This document shows positions 18,856 through 29,662 of a DNA stretch of 64,000 bases, in pieces. The stretch covers positions 1,024,001 to 1,088,000 of the forward strand of contig OZ241326.1 in assembly GCA_965199855.1 (NCBI GenBank). Reading direction: 5' to 3'. The stretch's first letter is position 1. Each line of letters begins with the position of its first letter. The notes beneath the pieces are model-generated. The model ran no database searches. It was not told the DNA's origin and saw nothing but the letters and a program-made list of their open reading frames with translations. Position numbers and translations under genes: made by a program. The DNA comes from a bacterium (GTDB lineage Bacteria > UBA8248).

Positions 18856-19923
18856 TCAGGGTTCAGCGGATTCGCCGGCTTCCGGGTTCCCGGCGGCCTC
18901 CCAGAGGGCACGCTGGGCGCCCCTGGGCGGCGCGATTCCCAGATGCGCGCAGGCGGCCGGCGAGGCGCGCCGCCCGCCGCGCGTGCGCTGCGCGAACCCC
19001 GCTCGCAGGAGGAAAGGCTCCACCATGTCCACGAGGGTGTCGGATTCCTCGTTCATGGTGGCGGCGATGGCCTCCACGCCCACGGGGCCGCCGCCGTATT
19101 GCTCGATGATCGTCCGCAGGTATTTTCTGTCCAGCCCGTCGAGGCCGGCCTCGTCCACCCCCTCCATGGCGAGCGCCTCGCGCGTGGCGGCGAGGCTCAC
19201 GGCGCCGTCGCCGCGCGCCTGGCTGAAGTCGCGCGCCCAGAGGAGGAGCCGGTTCGCCGTCCGGGGCGTGCCCCGGCTTCTGCGGGCGAGCTCGCGCGCC
19301 GCCTCCTTCTCGATGGGCGCCTCCAGGCGCGCCGCGCTTCGCAGCAGGATGCGCTCGAGCTCCTCTTCGGAATAGAAATCCACGTGATAGATGAGGTAGA
19401 AGCGCTCCCTCAGGGCGGCGGTCAGGGCTCCGGGGCGCGTCGTGGCGCCGATGGCCGTGAACATCTTGAGGGGGAAGTTGATGGTGCGGGCCATGGGGCC
19501 CTGATCGACCACGAAGTCCACGCGGTAGTCCTCCATCGCGGGATAGAGGAACTCCTCCACCGCGCTCGGCATCCGGTGAATCTCGTCGATGAAGAGCGCG
19601 TCGCCGCGCTGAAGGCCGGTGATGATGCCCATGAGGTCGGCCGGCCTGGAGAGCGAGGGGCCGGAGGTCTTGACGAGGCGCGCGCCCGTCTCCTCGGCGA
19701 TGATGTGGGAGAGCGTCGTCTTCCCCAGCCCCGGCGGCCCGTGGAAGAGAACGTGGCCCAGAGGCTCCCCCCGCTTTCCGGAGGCTTCGAGGGCGATCCG
19801 CAGCTTCGCCACCAGTTCGGTCTGCCCCACGTATTCGGCGAGCCTCTTCGGGCGAAGCGAGGTGAAGGTCTGCTCTTCCGCCGGGCTGCCCGCCTTCGCG
19901 CTCACGCGCCGCTCGATGACCAT
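18856..19923 (-). CDS. ruvB: Holliday junction branch migration ATPase RuvB
   Basis: LRPK..YVGQ, GPPGLGKTT, FIDEIHR, GATTR, RGTPR. Confidence 0.97.
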   Translation of the reverse strand: MVIERRVSAKAGSPAEEQTFTSLRPKRLAEYVGQTELVAKLRIALEASGKRGEPLGHVLFHGPPGLGKTTLSHIIAEETGARLVKTSGPSLSRPADLMGIITGLQRGDALFIDEIHRMPSAVEEFLYPAMEDYRVDFVVDQGPMARTINFPLKMFTAIGATTRPGALTAALRERFYLIYHVDFYSEEELERILLRSAARLEAPIEKEAARELARRSRGTPRTANRLLLWARDFSQARGDGAVSLAATREALAMEGVDEAGLDGLDRKYLRTIIEQYGGGPVGVEAIAATMNEESDTLVDMVEPFLLRAGFAQRTRGGRRASPAACAHLGIAPPRGAQRALWEAAGNPEAGESAEP

Positions 19924-19938
19924 GTTTTCTCCCGCCTC

Positions 19939-20571
19939 CTACCGGCTCAGCCGGAACACTTCCTGCAGGACGGCCTCGGCCTCCGCGTCCTCCCCCAGGG
20001 CGGCGAGGGCGCGCTCCACGAGATTCTCCGCCTCGGGCGTGCGGTATCCCAGCTGCCCCACCAGAACGGCCATGACGTCGCCGCGCGGAGGGGCGGCGCG
20101 GGTTCCGTCCGGCGCGGGCGCGGCCTCCCCCGCCAGATTGAGCTCCATGATTTCCTCCCGGATTCGGGCGACCACCTGCTCGGCCTTTTTCTTTCCGATG
20201 CCGGGCAGCCTGGTGAGCAGGGCGGCGTTCGCCTCCGCAATGGCCTGGGCGATCCGGAGGGGCGAGAGGCTCAGCGCCCGCATCGCGCTCCGGGGGCTGA
20301 TGCCGGGCGCCTTGATGAAGCACAGGAAAAACGCCCGCTCCTCCGCCGACAGGAAGCCCGCCAGCCGGGGCAGGAGCTGGCCGGTGGCCACGTTGCCCTC
20401 CAGGTAGTGGTAGGTGTGGAGCTCCGCCGCCTCGCGCGCGTCCATGAGCGCCTGAAGCTCGGGGAGGGCGTATCCGCCCACCTGGACTTCGTAGGCGAGG
20501 CCGGCCGGGGTCTGGAGGACGGCGCTTTCGCCCGCGACCTCGAGGATTTCCCCGCGGACCCGGCGAATCAC
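19939..20571 (-). CDS. ruvA: Holliday junction DNA-binding protein RuvA
   Basis: HhH motif LPGIGKKKAE; position between ruvC and ruvB. Confidence 0.9.
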   Translation of the reverse strand: MIRRVRGEILEVAGESAVLQTPAGLAYEVQVGGYALPELQALMDAREAAELHTYHYLEGNVATGQLLPRLAGFLSAEERAFFLCFIKAPGISPRSAMRALSLSPLRIAQAIAEANAALLTRLPGIGKKKAEQVVARIREEIMELNLAGEAAPAPDGTRAAPPRGDVMAVLVGQLGYRTPEAENLVERALAALGEDAEAEAVLQEVFRLSR

Positions 20572-21101
20572 GCCCCGCTCCCGACGGCGTGGGCGCTTCT
20601 CAGGAGGCTTCTGTCGATGTGGCAGTAGGCCGCGGCGACGGCGTCGGCGAAGTCCTCGGGCTCGGGCGGCTCGGCGAGGCCCAGGCGCTGCTGCGCCATG
20701 CGCTGCACCTGCGCCTTCGTGGCGCGCCCGACGCCGACGAGCGATTTCTTGATCTCCGTGGCCGCGTAGCTCTCCACGGCGACGCCGGCCTGCGCGGCGG
20801 CGAGGAAGATGACCCCGCGCGCGTGTCCCATGACGATGGAGGTGCGGGGGTGCTTGTAGTGGCTGTAGAGGCTCTCCACCGCCATGGCGTGGGGCTCGCG
20901 CGCCCGGAGGACGCAGGCGAGATCCTCGTGCAGCTCGCGCAGGCGCGCCTCGATGGGCGCTCTGGCGTCGCTCTTGAGCACGCCGCCGTCGATGAGGCGC
21001 GGCTCGCGCTCCGCATCGTCGAGGGAGAGGACGGCGTAGCCGGTGACGCCGAGGCCTGGGTCCACGCCCATCACGCGAAACGCTGCTTCGGACTGCGGCA
21101 A
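20568..21101 (-). CDS. ruvC: Crossover junction endodeoxyribonuclease RuvC
   Basis: GVDPG..TGY, HARGV, KKSLVG.G.ATK.QV, DFADA. Confidence 0.95.
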   Translation of the reverse strand: MPQSEAAFRVMGVDPGLGVTGYAVLSLDDAEREPRLIDGGVLKSDARAPIEARLRELHEDLACVLRAREPHAMAVESLYSHYKHPRTSIVMGHARGVIFLAAAQAGVAVESYAATEIKKSLVGVGRATKAQVQRMAQQRLGLAEPPEPEDFADAVAAAYCHIDRSLLRSAHAVGSGA

Positions 21102-21134
21102 GGGGACGGCTCCGCGGGCGGCGGGCGTTCGGTC

Positions 21135-21884
21135 TTACGCGGACGCCTTCGCCATCTGCTCTTCGGAGATGTCGAAGTTGGCGCAGACGTTCTGAACGTC
21201 GTCGTTTTCCTCGAGCGCCTCCATCAGGCGGAGCATCTGCTCCGCCTCCCTGCCCTCGAGCGCGACCGTCGATTTGGGCAGCATGGCGAGTTCGGCGGAT
21301 TCAATCGGGACCCCGCCTTTCTCCAGCGCCTCGCGCACGGCCTCGAAGGCCTCCGGCGGGGCGTGAACTTCAAAGAACGCGCCGGCCGGCTCCAGGTCCT
21401 CCGCCCCCGCTTCGAGGGCGAGCTCCATGAGCGCCTCCTCGTCCGCCCCTTCCCGCGGAACCAGGAACAGCCCTTTTTTCTCGAAGTTCCACGCCACGGC
21501 GTTCGGCTCGGCCATGGCGCCGCTGTTCTTCGTCAGGATGTGGCGGATTTCCGCCCCCGTTCTGTTGCGGTTGTCGGTCAGCACCGAGATGAGAATGGCC
21601 ACCCCGCTCGGGCCGTAGCCCTCGTAGGCGCATTCCTCGTAGCTCACCCCTTCGAGCTCGCCCGTTCCCTTGGCGATGGCGCGCGCGATGTTCTCCTGGG
21701 GCATGTTCGCCCCCTTCGCCGTCTGAATGGCCGTCCTCAGCCGGGGATTGCCGTCGGGGTCGCCTCCGCCGAGCTTGGCGGCGATGGTGATCTCCTTGAT
21801 GAGCTTGGTGAAAATCTTCCCGCGCTTGGCGTCGAGCGCGCCCTTTTTCCGCTTGATGGTGCTCCACTTGGAATGACCGGACAT
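21135..21884 (-). CDS. yebC: YebC/PmpR family protein
   Basis: [33 protein letters not shown]. Confidence 0.97.
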   Translation of the reverse strand: MSGHSKWSTIKRKKGALDAKRGKIFTKLIKEITIAAKLGGGDPDGNPRLRTAIQTAKGANMPQENIARAIAKGTGELEGVSYEECAYEGYGPSGVAILISVLTDNRNRTGAEIRHILTKNSGAMAEPNAVAWNFEKKGLFLVPREGADEEALMELALEAGAEDLEPAGAFFEVHAPPEAFEAVREALEKGGVPIESAELAMLPKSTVALEGREAEQMLRLMEALEENDDVQNVCANFDISEEQMAKASA

Positions 21885-22108
21885 GGTTTGGCGACTCCCG
21901 CGATTCCGTCCCGGCAGCGTTCGTTTTCCCGATGCGTTCTCGCTATAATTTCTAGCACGAGCGCGCCCCGCAGTAAAGACGCCGACGGGGCGGGGAGAGC
22001 GGGCGCCGGGAGGCCCTTCGGACGCTTTCCGGCGGGAGCGCGGCGTTGTTTTGCGGCGCACGGCGCGGGAGGGGACGAGCGCTGAACTCCGAGAAAACAA
22101 AATCTTCG

Positions 22109-23071
22109 ATGAATCCCGTCGAGCGGGGCGCGCGCACCCTGCGCGTCGAGGCCGAGGCGCTGGCCTCGCTGGTCGAGCGGCTGGATGAGGAATTCGCCAG
22201 AGCGGTCGATATCGTGCTACGGTGCCGGGGCAGGGTCGCTGTCACCGGCATGGGCAAAAGCGGGCTGATCGGCCAGAAGATTTCCGCCACCCTCGCCAGC
22301 ACGGGCACGCCCTCCTATTTTCTCCACCCCGCCGAGGGCGCCCACGGCGATCTGGGCATGGTGACGAAGGACGACGCCGTCGTCGCGCTCTCCTACAGCG
22401 GCGAGACGGAGGAGCTGCTGCGCATCCTGCCCGTATTCGCCCGCCTGGGGACGCCCCTCATCGCCATCACCGGCGGGGAGAACTCCACCCTTTGGCGGGA
22501 GGCGCAGGCCGTCCTCAACGTGTTCGTGAAGGAGGAGGCCTGCCCGATTCAGCTCGCGCCCACGGCGAGCAGCGCCGCGTCCCTGGCCATGGGCGACGCG
22601 CTGGCGATGGCAGTCCTTGAGGCGCGCGGGTTTCAGCCGGAGGATTTCGCCCGCTTTCACCCGGGCGGCGCGCTGGGCAGGAAGCTGGTTCGCGTGCGGG
22701 AGCTCATGGTCTCGGGCAGCGGCATCCCGCAGGTGGACGAGGCCGCCCCGCTCGATGAGGTCGTGCGCGAGATGAGCGCGAAGAGGCTGGGCATGACGTG
22801 CGTGATGGACGCGGGGGGGGCGCTTGCGGGCGTCATAACGGACGGAGACTTGAGGCGCGCCCTGGAGAGCGTCGGGACGCTGCCCGAGCGCAGGGCGCGG
22901 GATTTGATGACGCCCGCGCCCAGGACGATCCGCGAGGACGATATGGCCGCCGGCGCGATTCGGCTGATGGAGGCGAGCGCCATCACCTCCCTTGCGGTCA
23001 CCGGGGGCGCGGAGGGACGCCTGACGGGCGTCATCCATCTGCACCACCTGCTGCGGGCGGGCGTGGTGTAG
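22109..23071 (+). CDS. kdsD: Arabinose-5-phosphate isomerase (KpsF/GutQ; SIS + 2 CBS domains)
   Basis: [34 protein letters not shown]. Confidence 0.93.
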   Translation: MNPVERGARTLRVEAEALASLVERLDEEFARAVDIVLRCRGRVAVTGMGKSGLIGQKISATLASTGTPSYFLHPAEGAHGDLGMVTKDDAVVALSYSGETEELLRILPVFARLGTPLIAITGGENSTLWREAQAVLNVFVKEEACPIQLAPTASSAASLAMGDALAMAVLEARGFQPEDFARFHPGGALGRKLVRVRELMVSGSGIPQVDEAAPLDEVVREMSAKRLGMTCVMDAGGALAGVITDGDLRRALESVGTLPERRARDLMTPAPRTIREDDMAAGAIRLMEASAITSLAVTGGAEGRLTGVIHLHHLLRAGVV

Positions 23072-23141
23072 GCGCTCCTCCGCTCCGAGGCCGGGGATTC
23101 TCCGCGCCGGGCGGTGCGGCCGGCGTCACGGAGGCGGCGCC

Positions 23142-23885
23142 TCACTTCCAGCCCGACGGCCCGAAAATCAGAAGGGCGAGCCCCGCCGCCGTCATCAGCG
23201 CGAGGCCGCCCGCGTAGCCGAGAGCGGGCGGGAGGCGTCCGCGCAGCAGCCTCCCCGCGGCAAAACCGGCGAGGGCGGGCGGAACGCACGCGGCCGAGCG
23301 CGCGGCTTCGGCTATGCCCAGCGCGCCCGCGCCGCCCAGCGCGGCCACCTGAACGACGGCGAACGCCAGCGCGCTCGCGCAGACGAGCCGCATCATCCGG
23401 GCGCGGCCGACGCCCGCGCTGTCGAGGTAGATGACGCTCAAGGGGCCTCCGGAGAAGGAAAAGCCGCTCAGGCCGCCGGCGAAAAAGCCGGCGAGCCATG
23501 TGAAGAAGGCCTCGTCCCGCGTGTCGAGCTGGATTCTTCGGCGCGAGAGGGCGTGAGCGGCGAAAAGGAGCGCGAGCGCGCCCACCGACCACTTGAGGAA
23601 CGTGGGCGGACTCGAAACGAGAATCAGGACGCCCAGCGCCGCCCCCGCCGCGCCCGCGCCGAGAAAGGGCGCGAGGCGCCTGAGCGAGGCGGCGGGAACC
23701 CCGCCGCCGGCGGCGCGAACGCCCAGCAGGACGAGATTCGGAAGCGAGAGGGCGAGCACGGAATCGCGCACGCCGAGGATGGCGCCGAGCGCGGGCGCGG
23801 CCATGAGGCCGAAGTCGAAGCCCGCCGCGCCCTCCATGAGCCCCGCGGCGAAGACGAGAAGCGCGATGTCCCAGGATGGCCACAT
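23142..23885 (-). CDS. TauE/SafE-family membrane protein
   Basis: Multiple TM helices, GFDFGL and GGP repeats. Confidence 0.7.
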   Translation of the reverse strand: MWPSWDIALLVFAAGLMEGAAGFDFGLMAAPALGAILGVRDSVLALSLPNLVLLGVRAAGGGVPAASLRRLAPFLGAGAAGAALGVLILVSSPPTFLKWSVGALALLFAAHALSRRRIQLDTRDEAFFTWLAGFFAGGLSGFSFSGGPLSVIYLDSAGVGRARMMRLVCASALAFAVVQVAALGGAGALGIAEAARSAACVPPALAGFAAGRLLRGRLPPALGYAGGLALMTAAGLALLIFGPSGWK

Positions 23886-23903
23886 GGGTTGAGCCGCGTC
23901 CGG

Positions 23904-24887
23904 CTACAGGTTCAGCAGGGCCCGGACGTTTCCGTGCGAGACGTTCTCGTATTCCTCCCGGCTCAGCCCCGATTGTTCGAGCGTCTCGACCGCTTGGACG
24001 TCCGTCATGTCGTAGGGCAGGTCCGTCCCCAGTAGCACCCTGTCTCCGCCCATCACGTCCACCAGGAACCGCACGACGGGCGGGTGGAACACCAGCATGT
24101 CCAGATAGAAGTTCTCTCTCAGGTAATCGAGCGGCGGGCGCGGGACGCTCCCGCACTCGGGCCGCACCTTCCAGCCGTGCGCGAAGCGGCCGATGAGGTA
24201 GGGGACGACTCCCCCGCCGTGCAGGAAGATGAAGCGCAGGTTCGGCAGCCGCTCGAACAGGCCGGAGAAGATCAGGCGGCCGATGCAGTTCGCGCTCTCC
24301 GTGGGGAATCCGACAAGGTTGAACAGGTGGTAGTCCCTCATCCGCTCCATGCCCGCCGGGTTCGCCGGATGGACGATGAGGGGAACGTCCAGGGCGGCGG
24401 CCGCCTCGTAGAGGGAATAGAAGCTCTCATGGTCGAGATAGCGGCCGTTCACGTTCGTGCCGAGGAAGCCGCCCTTGAGCCCCAGCTGCCCCACGGCGCG
24501 CTCGAGCTCTCTCACCGAACGGGAGATGCTCTGCGCGGGCAGGGCGGCTAGGGCGTGAAATTTGTCGGGATGCTCTTCGATGATGCGGGCGTAAGCGTCG
24601 TTCGCCGCCTGCGAGAGCTCCTCGCCCAGACCCTCGTCCGCCCAATACACGCCCGGGTTCGAGGAGAAGGAGAGGACGTTCATGTCCAGCCTCATCTCCT
24701 CCATCGTCCGGAGCCTGCGCTCGACGTTGACGAAAGGCTCGATGGGCGGGTGCATCGCGCCCTTGATGTCCACGCGGCGCGCCCCCTCCTCGTCCGTGAA
24801 CAGCCGGACGCCGTAGCGCGGGCCCTCCTTCCCCAGCAGGTCGAAGTATTCTTCCGGGTAAATGTGGCAATGGGCGTCAATGTGCAT
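23904..24887 (-). CDS. Amidohydrolase_2 (ACMSD-like) metalloenzyme
   Basis: IDAHCH, IVHP, HGGG, GTDLPY. Confidence 0.88.
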   Translation of the reverse strand: MHIDAHCHIYPEEYFDLLGKEGPRYGVRLFTDEEGARRVDIKGAMHPPIEPFVNVERRLRTMEEMRLDMNVLSFSSNPGVYWADEGLGEELSQAANDAYARIIEEHPDKFHALAALPAQSISRSVRELERAVGQLGLKGGFLGTNVNGRYLDHESFYSLYEAAAALDVPLIVHPANPAGMERMRDYHLFNLVGFPTESANCIGRLIFSGLFERLPNLRFIFLHGGGVVPYLIGRFAHGWKVRPECGSVPRPPLDYLRENFYLDMLVFHPPVVRFLVDVMGGDRVLLGTDLPYDMTDVQAVETLEQSGLSREEYENVSHGNVRALLNL

Positions 24888-25064
24888 TCCGGGCGCTCTC
24901 CATGGTGCGGCGGGTCGAGCCGGATGGTTAGCATCCGCCGCCGGGCGGTGTCAACGAAGGGCGGCGCGCCCGCGCTCCTCCTCGCGCGTGAAAGGCGCGC
25001 GGCGCGGCCCGGTTTTCGGACGCCGGGAGAAGTTCGAGAGGCTCGGCCGCAAGACGAAGAAGAA

Positions 25065-25817
25065 TCAGGGCTTGGCGGCGCGGATGGTCGCGCTTTTCAG
25101 CTCCGGCGCGACGTAGGGCTTTCGGTCGAGAATTTTCACGTCGATGAAGCCTGCCTCGCGCAGGCCGGCGACATACTCCTCCTCCCGGATGGCGCCCGCG
25201 ACGCACGCGCACCAGTCCCCGACGGAGACGGCCTCCGCGCTCTCGCCCGTCCTGATGACGTCCGAGACCACGAAGCGCCCGCCCGGGCGCAGCGCGCGGA
25301 ACGATTCCCGAAAGACGGCCGGCTTGTCCGGCGAGAGGTTCACCACGCAGTTGCTGATGATGACATCGACGGCGCCGCTTTCAACCGGCATGTTCTCCAT
25401 CTCGCCCTTCCGGAACGCCGCGTTCGGGACGCCGAGGCTTCGCCGGTTCTTCTCCGCCTTCTCCAGCATGGCGTCCGTCATGTCCAGGCCGATGACGCTC
25501 CCCTCCGGCCCCACCGCCTTCGCGGCGAGAAAGCAGTCCAGCCCCGCGCCGCAACCCAGGTCGAGCACCGTCTCGCCCGCCCGCGGCCGCGCCGCCTCGA
25601 TGGGATTTCCGCATCCCGCGTTGGCGCTCAGGACGTCTTCGGGAACCTCCCGGACGGCCTCCTCCCCATAGCCGATGGAGCAGGCGTTCGCGGCGCCCGC
25701 GACCATTCCGGAATGCGGCTCTCCGCAACAGGAAACTTCCCCTGCGGCGATCCTGGCGTAGAGGTCGCGGACGGCGCTTTTTATCCGCTCGGCGTCGTCC
25801 CGGGGCCGCGTGGACAT
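25065..25817 (-). CDS. arsM: Arsenite methyltransferase-like SAM-dependent methyltransferase
   Basis: SCC, GCGNP, LDLGCGAGLD, ISNCVVNL, WCACVAGA. Confidence 0.8.
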   Translation of the reverse strand: MSTRPRDDAERIKSAVRDLYARIAAGEVSCCGEPHSGMVAGAANACSIGYGEEAVREVPEDVLSANAGCGNPIEAARPRAGETVLDLGCGAGLDCFLAAKAVGPEGSVIGLDMTDAMLEKAEKNRRSLGVPNAAFRKGEMENMPVESGAVDVIISNCVVNLSPDKPAVFRESFRALRPGGRFVVSDVIRTGESAEAVSVGDWCACVAGAIREEEYVAGLREAGFIDVKILDRKPYVAPELKSATIRAAKP

Positions 25818-26069
25818 GGATGCGCTCTCCCTGCGGGCGGCGTTTCCGGCGCTTTGGAAAAGACGTCCCAAGCGCGGGCAGGATAGCAGGCGTTGGGGAG
25901 AGAGGAAAGGAGCGCCCGCGCGGGGAGGAGGCGCGACGCGAAAGAGAGATTACAGAAGAAGCCGGGCGTTGTATAAAGGAGCGCGACCCATGCTTGGACG
26001 CGCGCGGGAGGCCGCTTCCGCGCGGGCCTTTTTCCGGATTGGCGCCGCTTCCTTTTCCCGTGGCGGGAC

Positions 26070-28808
26070 ATGGCCGAGACACAGAAGGAAATCTATCTGA
26101 TCGACGGCTCGGGCTACATGTTCCGCGCCTACTACGCCATGATGCGCCAGCGCCTCTCGAACTCGAAGGGGACGCCCACGGGCGCGACCCTGGCGTTCGC
26201 GCGAATGCTTTTGAAGGTGATACGCGAGCGCGCTCCCGAATACGTCGCCGTCGCCTTCGATCGCCCCGAACCCACCTTTCGCCACGAGCTCTACCCCGAC
26301 TACAAGGCGAACAGGGACGCCGCGCCCGAGGATCTGGTCGAGCAGATTCCCTACATGCGCCGCGTCGTCGAGGCGCTGCGGATTCCGCTTCTCGCCCGCG
26401 CGGGCGCCGAGGCCGACGACATCATCGGCACGCTCGCCGCGCGCGCGGAGGAGGAGGGCTTTCGGGTCGTCCTGGTCACGGCCGACAAGGACTTCGCCCA
26501 GCTGGTATCCGAAAGCGCGCGCATCTGGGATCCGATGAAGGACGAGGAGATGGGCCCCGCCGAGGTCGAGGCGAAATGGGGCGTGCCGCCGGATAAATTC
26601 GTAGACGTTCAGGCGCTCATGGGAGATTCCACGGACAACGTGCCGGGCGTGCCGGGAATCGGGGAGAAGACCGCCGTCGCGCTGATTCAGCAGTTTGGCG
26701 GCCTCGAGGAGGTTCTTGGCTCGCCGGAGCAAATCCAGCGGCCCAAGCAGCGCGAGAGCATCGAGGAAAACGCGGAGCTGGCGAGGCTCTCCCGCGAGCT
26801 TTGCGCCATCAGGCGCGATCTGCCCCTTGAAGGCGATCTGGAGTCCTGCCGCCTGGGCGCCGCCGACTTCGAGGCGGCCCGCAAACTCTTCCTCGATGAG
26901 CTGGAGTTCAGGAACATCCTCAAGGATCTTCCGGGATACGACGCGGCCATGCACGCGCGGGACGCGCCCGCCTCCGCCGCGGATGAGCGCGACTATAGAA
27001 TCGTCCGCTCCATGAAGGAGCTCAAGGCGGTGCGCCGGGAGCTCGAGAAGGCGGGGCGCTTCGCCTTCGACCTCGAGACCACCTCGCTCGACCCCATGCG
27101 GGCGCGCATCGTGGGGATGAGCTTCTCCGCGCGCGCGGGGCGGGCGTTCTACGTTCCCGTGGGACACGAAACGGTGGATTCCGGCCCCCAGCTCGCGCCC
27201 GAAGACGCCCTGGGGGAGGTCTCCGACCTGCTGGAATCGCCCGAAATCGAAAAAATCGGACAGAACGTCAAATACGACATCGCGGTGCTCCAGGGGGCCG
27301 GCCGCGCCGTTCGCGGGCCCCTGTTCGACACCATGCTCGCCTCCTATCTTCTGCGCTCCGGCCGCGCGAGCGAGGGGCTGGATCATACGAGTCATGGAAT
27401 CGATCACCTCGCGCGCGAGTTCTTCGGAATCGCGACCATCAAATACGCCGACCTCTGCGGCCGGGGCGCGAAGGAGATACCCTTCTCGCAGGTGCCCGTC
27501 GAGGCGGCGGCGCCCTACGCCTGCCAGGACGCGGACCTCGCCTGGCGCCTCGCTGAGGCGATGGCGCCGCAGCTGCGCGGCGCCGGGCTGATGAGCCTGT
27601 TCGAGGAGCTGGAAATCCCCCTCCTGCGCGTTCTGCTCGACATGGAGCGCGCGGGCGTGCGGCTGGATCAGCGCTTCCTCCAGGACATGGGCAAGGAGCT
27701 CGAGGCGCGCCTGGACGAGATGCGCGCCCGCATTCACGAGCTGGCGGGGGAGGAGTTCAACGTCAACTCCACCCAGCAGCTGCGCGTCATCCTGTTCGAG
27801 AAGCTGGGGCTTCCGGTCGTCAAGAAAACGAAAACAGGCGCCTCCACCGACATCGACGCGCTGGAGAGGCTCGCTCCCCAGCACCCTCTGCCCCAGGAGA
27901 TTCTGAATTTCCGGCAACTCTCGAAACTCAAGAACACCTACGTCGATACCCTGCCCGAGCTGGTGAACCCGGCCACGGGCCGCATCCACGCCCGCTTCAA
28001 CCAGACCGTCGCCGCCACGGGCCGGCTGAGCAGCTCCGACCCCAACCTCCAGAACATCCCCATCCGCACGGAGCTCGGCCGCCAGATACGCCGCGCCTTC
28101 CTGCCCGAGGAGGGTTGGCGGCTCCTCTCGGCGGACTACAGCCAGATCGAACTGCGGGTTCTCGCGCATTTCACGAACGACCCGGCGCTGGTGGACGCCT
28201 TCGCCAGGGGGGAGGACGTTCACGCGACGACCGCCTCGGCCGTCTATGGCGTGGCGCTCGATGCTGTGAGCGCCGAGATGCGCCGCGTCGCCAAGGCGGT
28301 GAACTTCGGCATCATCTACGGGCAGGGGGCCTTCGGCCTCTCCCAGGCCATCGGCATTCCCCAGTCGGAGGCGCGCTCGTTCATCGAGACCTACTTCGAG
28401 CGCTTCGCCGCCGTGCCCGCCTTCGTGGAGGCGACCATCGAGGAGGGGCGCGCGCGCGGCTGGGTCTCCACCATCATGGGGCGGCGCAGATACCTGCCCG
28501 ATCTCAACAGCCGAAGCCGCAACGCGAGAAGCGCCGCCGAGCGGCGAGCCGTGAACTCCGTCATCCAGGGCAGCGCGGCCGACATCATCAAACTGGCGAT
28601 GATCGCCATCGCCGAACGCCTGAAGAAAGAGGAGCGGGAGGCGCGGATGCTCGTGCAGGTGCACGACGAGCTCCTCTTCGAGGCGCCGCCCCGTGAAGTC
28701 GAAGTCCTCTCCGCCCTGGTCGGGGAGGAGATGCGGGGCGCGATGCGCCTGCGCGTTCCGCTCGAGGTGGACGTGAGCGCGGGCGAGAACTGGGGCGCGC
28801 TGAAGTAG
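26070..28808 (+). CDS. polA: DNA polymerase I
   Basis: 5'-3' exonuclease (EADD, GDSTDN), DLET 3'-5' exo, DYSQIELR, KAVNFGIIYG, VHDEL. Confidence 0.98.
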   Translation: MAETQKEIYLIDGSGYMFRAYYAMMRQRLSNSKGTPTGATLAFARMLLKVIRERAPEYVAVAFDRPEPTFRHELYPDYKANRDAAPEDLVEQIPYMRRVVEALRIPLLARAGAEADDIIGTLAARAEEEGFRVVLVTADKDFAQLVSESARIWDPMKDEEMGPAEVEAKWGVPPDKFVDVQALMGDSTDNVPGVPGIGEKTAVALIQQFGGLEEVLGSPEQIQRPKQRESIEENAELARLSRELCAIRRDLPLEGDLESCRLGAADFEAARKLFLDELEFRNILKDLPGYDAAMHARDAPASAADERDYRIVRSMKELKAVRRELEKAGRFAFDLETTSLDPMRARIVGMSFSARAGRAFYVPVGHETVDSGPQLAPEDALGEVSDLLESPEIEKIGQNVKYDIAVLQGAGRAVRGPLFDTMLASYLLRSGRASEGLDHTSHGIDHLAREFFGIATIKYADLCGRGAKEIPFSQVPVEAAAPYACQDADLAWRLAEAMAPQLRGAGLMSLFEELEIPLLRVLLDMERAGVRLDQRFLQDMGKELEARLDEMRARIHELAGEEFNVNSTQQLRVILFEKLGLPVVKKTKTGASTDIDALERLAPQHPLPQEILNFRQLSKLKNTYVDTLPELVNPATGRIHARFNQTVAATGRLSSSDPNLQNIPIRTELGRQIRRAFLPEEGWRLLSADYSQIELRVLAHFTNDPALVDAFARGEDVHATTASAVYGVALDAVSAEMRRVAKAVNFGIIYGQGAFGLSQAIGIPQSEARSFIETYFERFAAVPAFVEATIEEGRARGWVSTIMGRRRYLPDLNSRSRNARSAAERRAVNSVIQGSAADIIKLAMIAIAERLKKEEREARMLVQVHDELLFEAPPREVEVLSALVGEEMRGAMRLRVPLEVDVSAGENWGALK

Positions 28809-28984
28809 CCGAAGGAGCGGCGCGCGAATCGGGAGCGTCATGGATTTTCCCGCGCGCGCCGCCGCGCCGGAGCTTGCGGACAAAGCGCCGCCTTGCGCGT
28901 CCGCGCGACGCCCCCTAGAATCGGATGCGCCGTCCGCCTCCGAAGCCATGGCGCTCGCGCTTTTCGGGAGACCCCCGCTTCCTC

Positions 28985-29650
28985 ATGTCCAGCCTCTACG
29001 CCATCGGCGACATTCACGGCCAGCTGCGCATGCTGGAGGCGCTGGTGGAGCGCGTCCCCTTCCGGGAAGAGGATGAAATCGTCTTTCTCGGAGACTTCAT
29101 CGACCGGGGGCGCGACTCCAGGGGCGTGGTCGAGTTCCTGATGGCGTTCAAGCGCGAATATCCCAAGGCGGTGTGCCTGCGCGGCAACCACGAGGACATG
29201 TTGCTGGATTACTTGGCGGGCGGAGGGCGCTATTCTCCGAACATCTATCTGATGAACGGCGGCCTGGAAACCCTCAGAGGCTACGGCGCGTCCCCGCGGG
29301 AGGAATTCCGGCTCCCGCCCGCGCACCGGGAGTTCTTCGACGCGCTTCAGTGGACGCACGAGGCGCGGGGCTTCATATTCGTCCACGCGGGCTTGAGGCC
29401 GGGCGTTCCCCTCGACCGGCAGGATCCGATGGATCTGGTCTGGATACGCGAGGAGTTCATCGGGGCGAGGCACGATTTCGGCCGGCCCGTCGTCTTCGGC
29501 CACACGCCGGGGTGGGAGATAAAAAACGAGCTCCCGCTCTTTCTGGGCATCGACACGCGCGCCGTGACCGGCGGATGCCTCACCTGCGTCCGCCTCGCCG
29601 ACGATGAGCTCGTGGACTGCCATCAGGTCCTCGCGCGGGAAGTCGAATGA
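28985..29650 (+). CDS. Calcineurin-like metallophosphoesterase (Ser/Thr phosphatase type)
   Basis: GDIHG, GDFIDRG, GNHE, HAG, FGHT. Confidence 0.92.
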   Translation: MSSLYAIGDIHGQLRMLEALVERVPFREEDEIVFLGDFIDRGRDSRGVVEFLMAFKREYPKAVCLRGNHEDMLLDYLAGGGRYSPNIYLMNGGLETLRGYGASPREEFRLPPAHREFFDALQWTHEARGFIFVHAGLRPGVPLDRQDPMDLVWIREEFIGARHDFGRPVVFGHTPGWEIKNELPLFLGIDTRAVTGGCLTCVRLADDELVDCHQVLAREVE

Positions 29651-29662
29651 GTTGAACCATCC

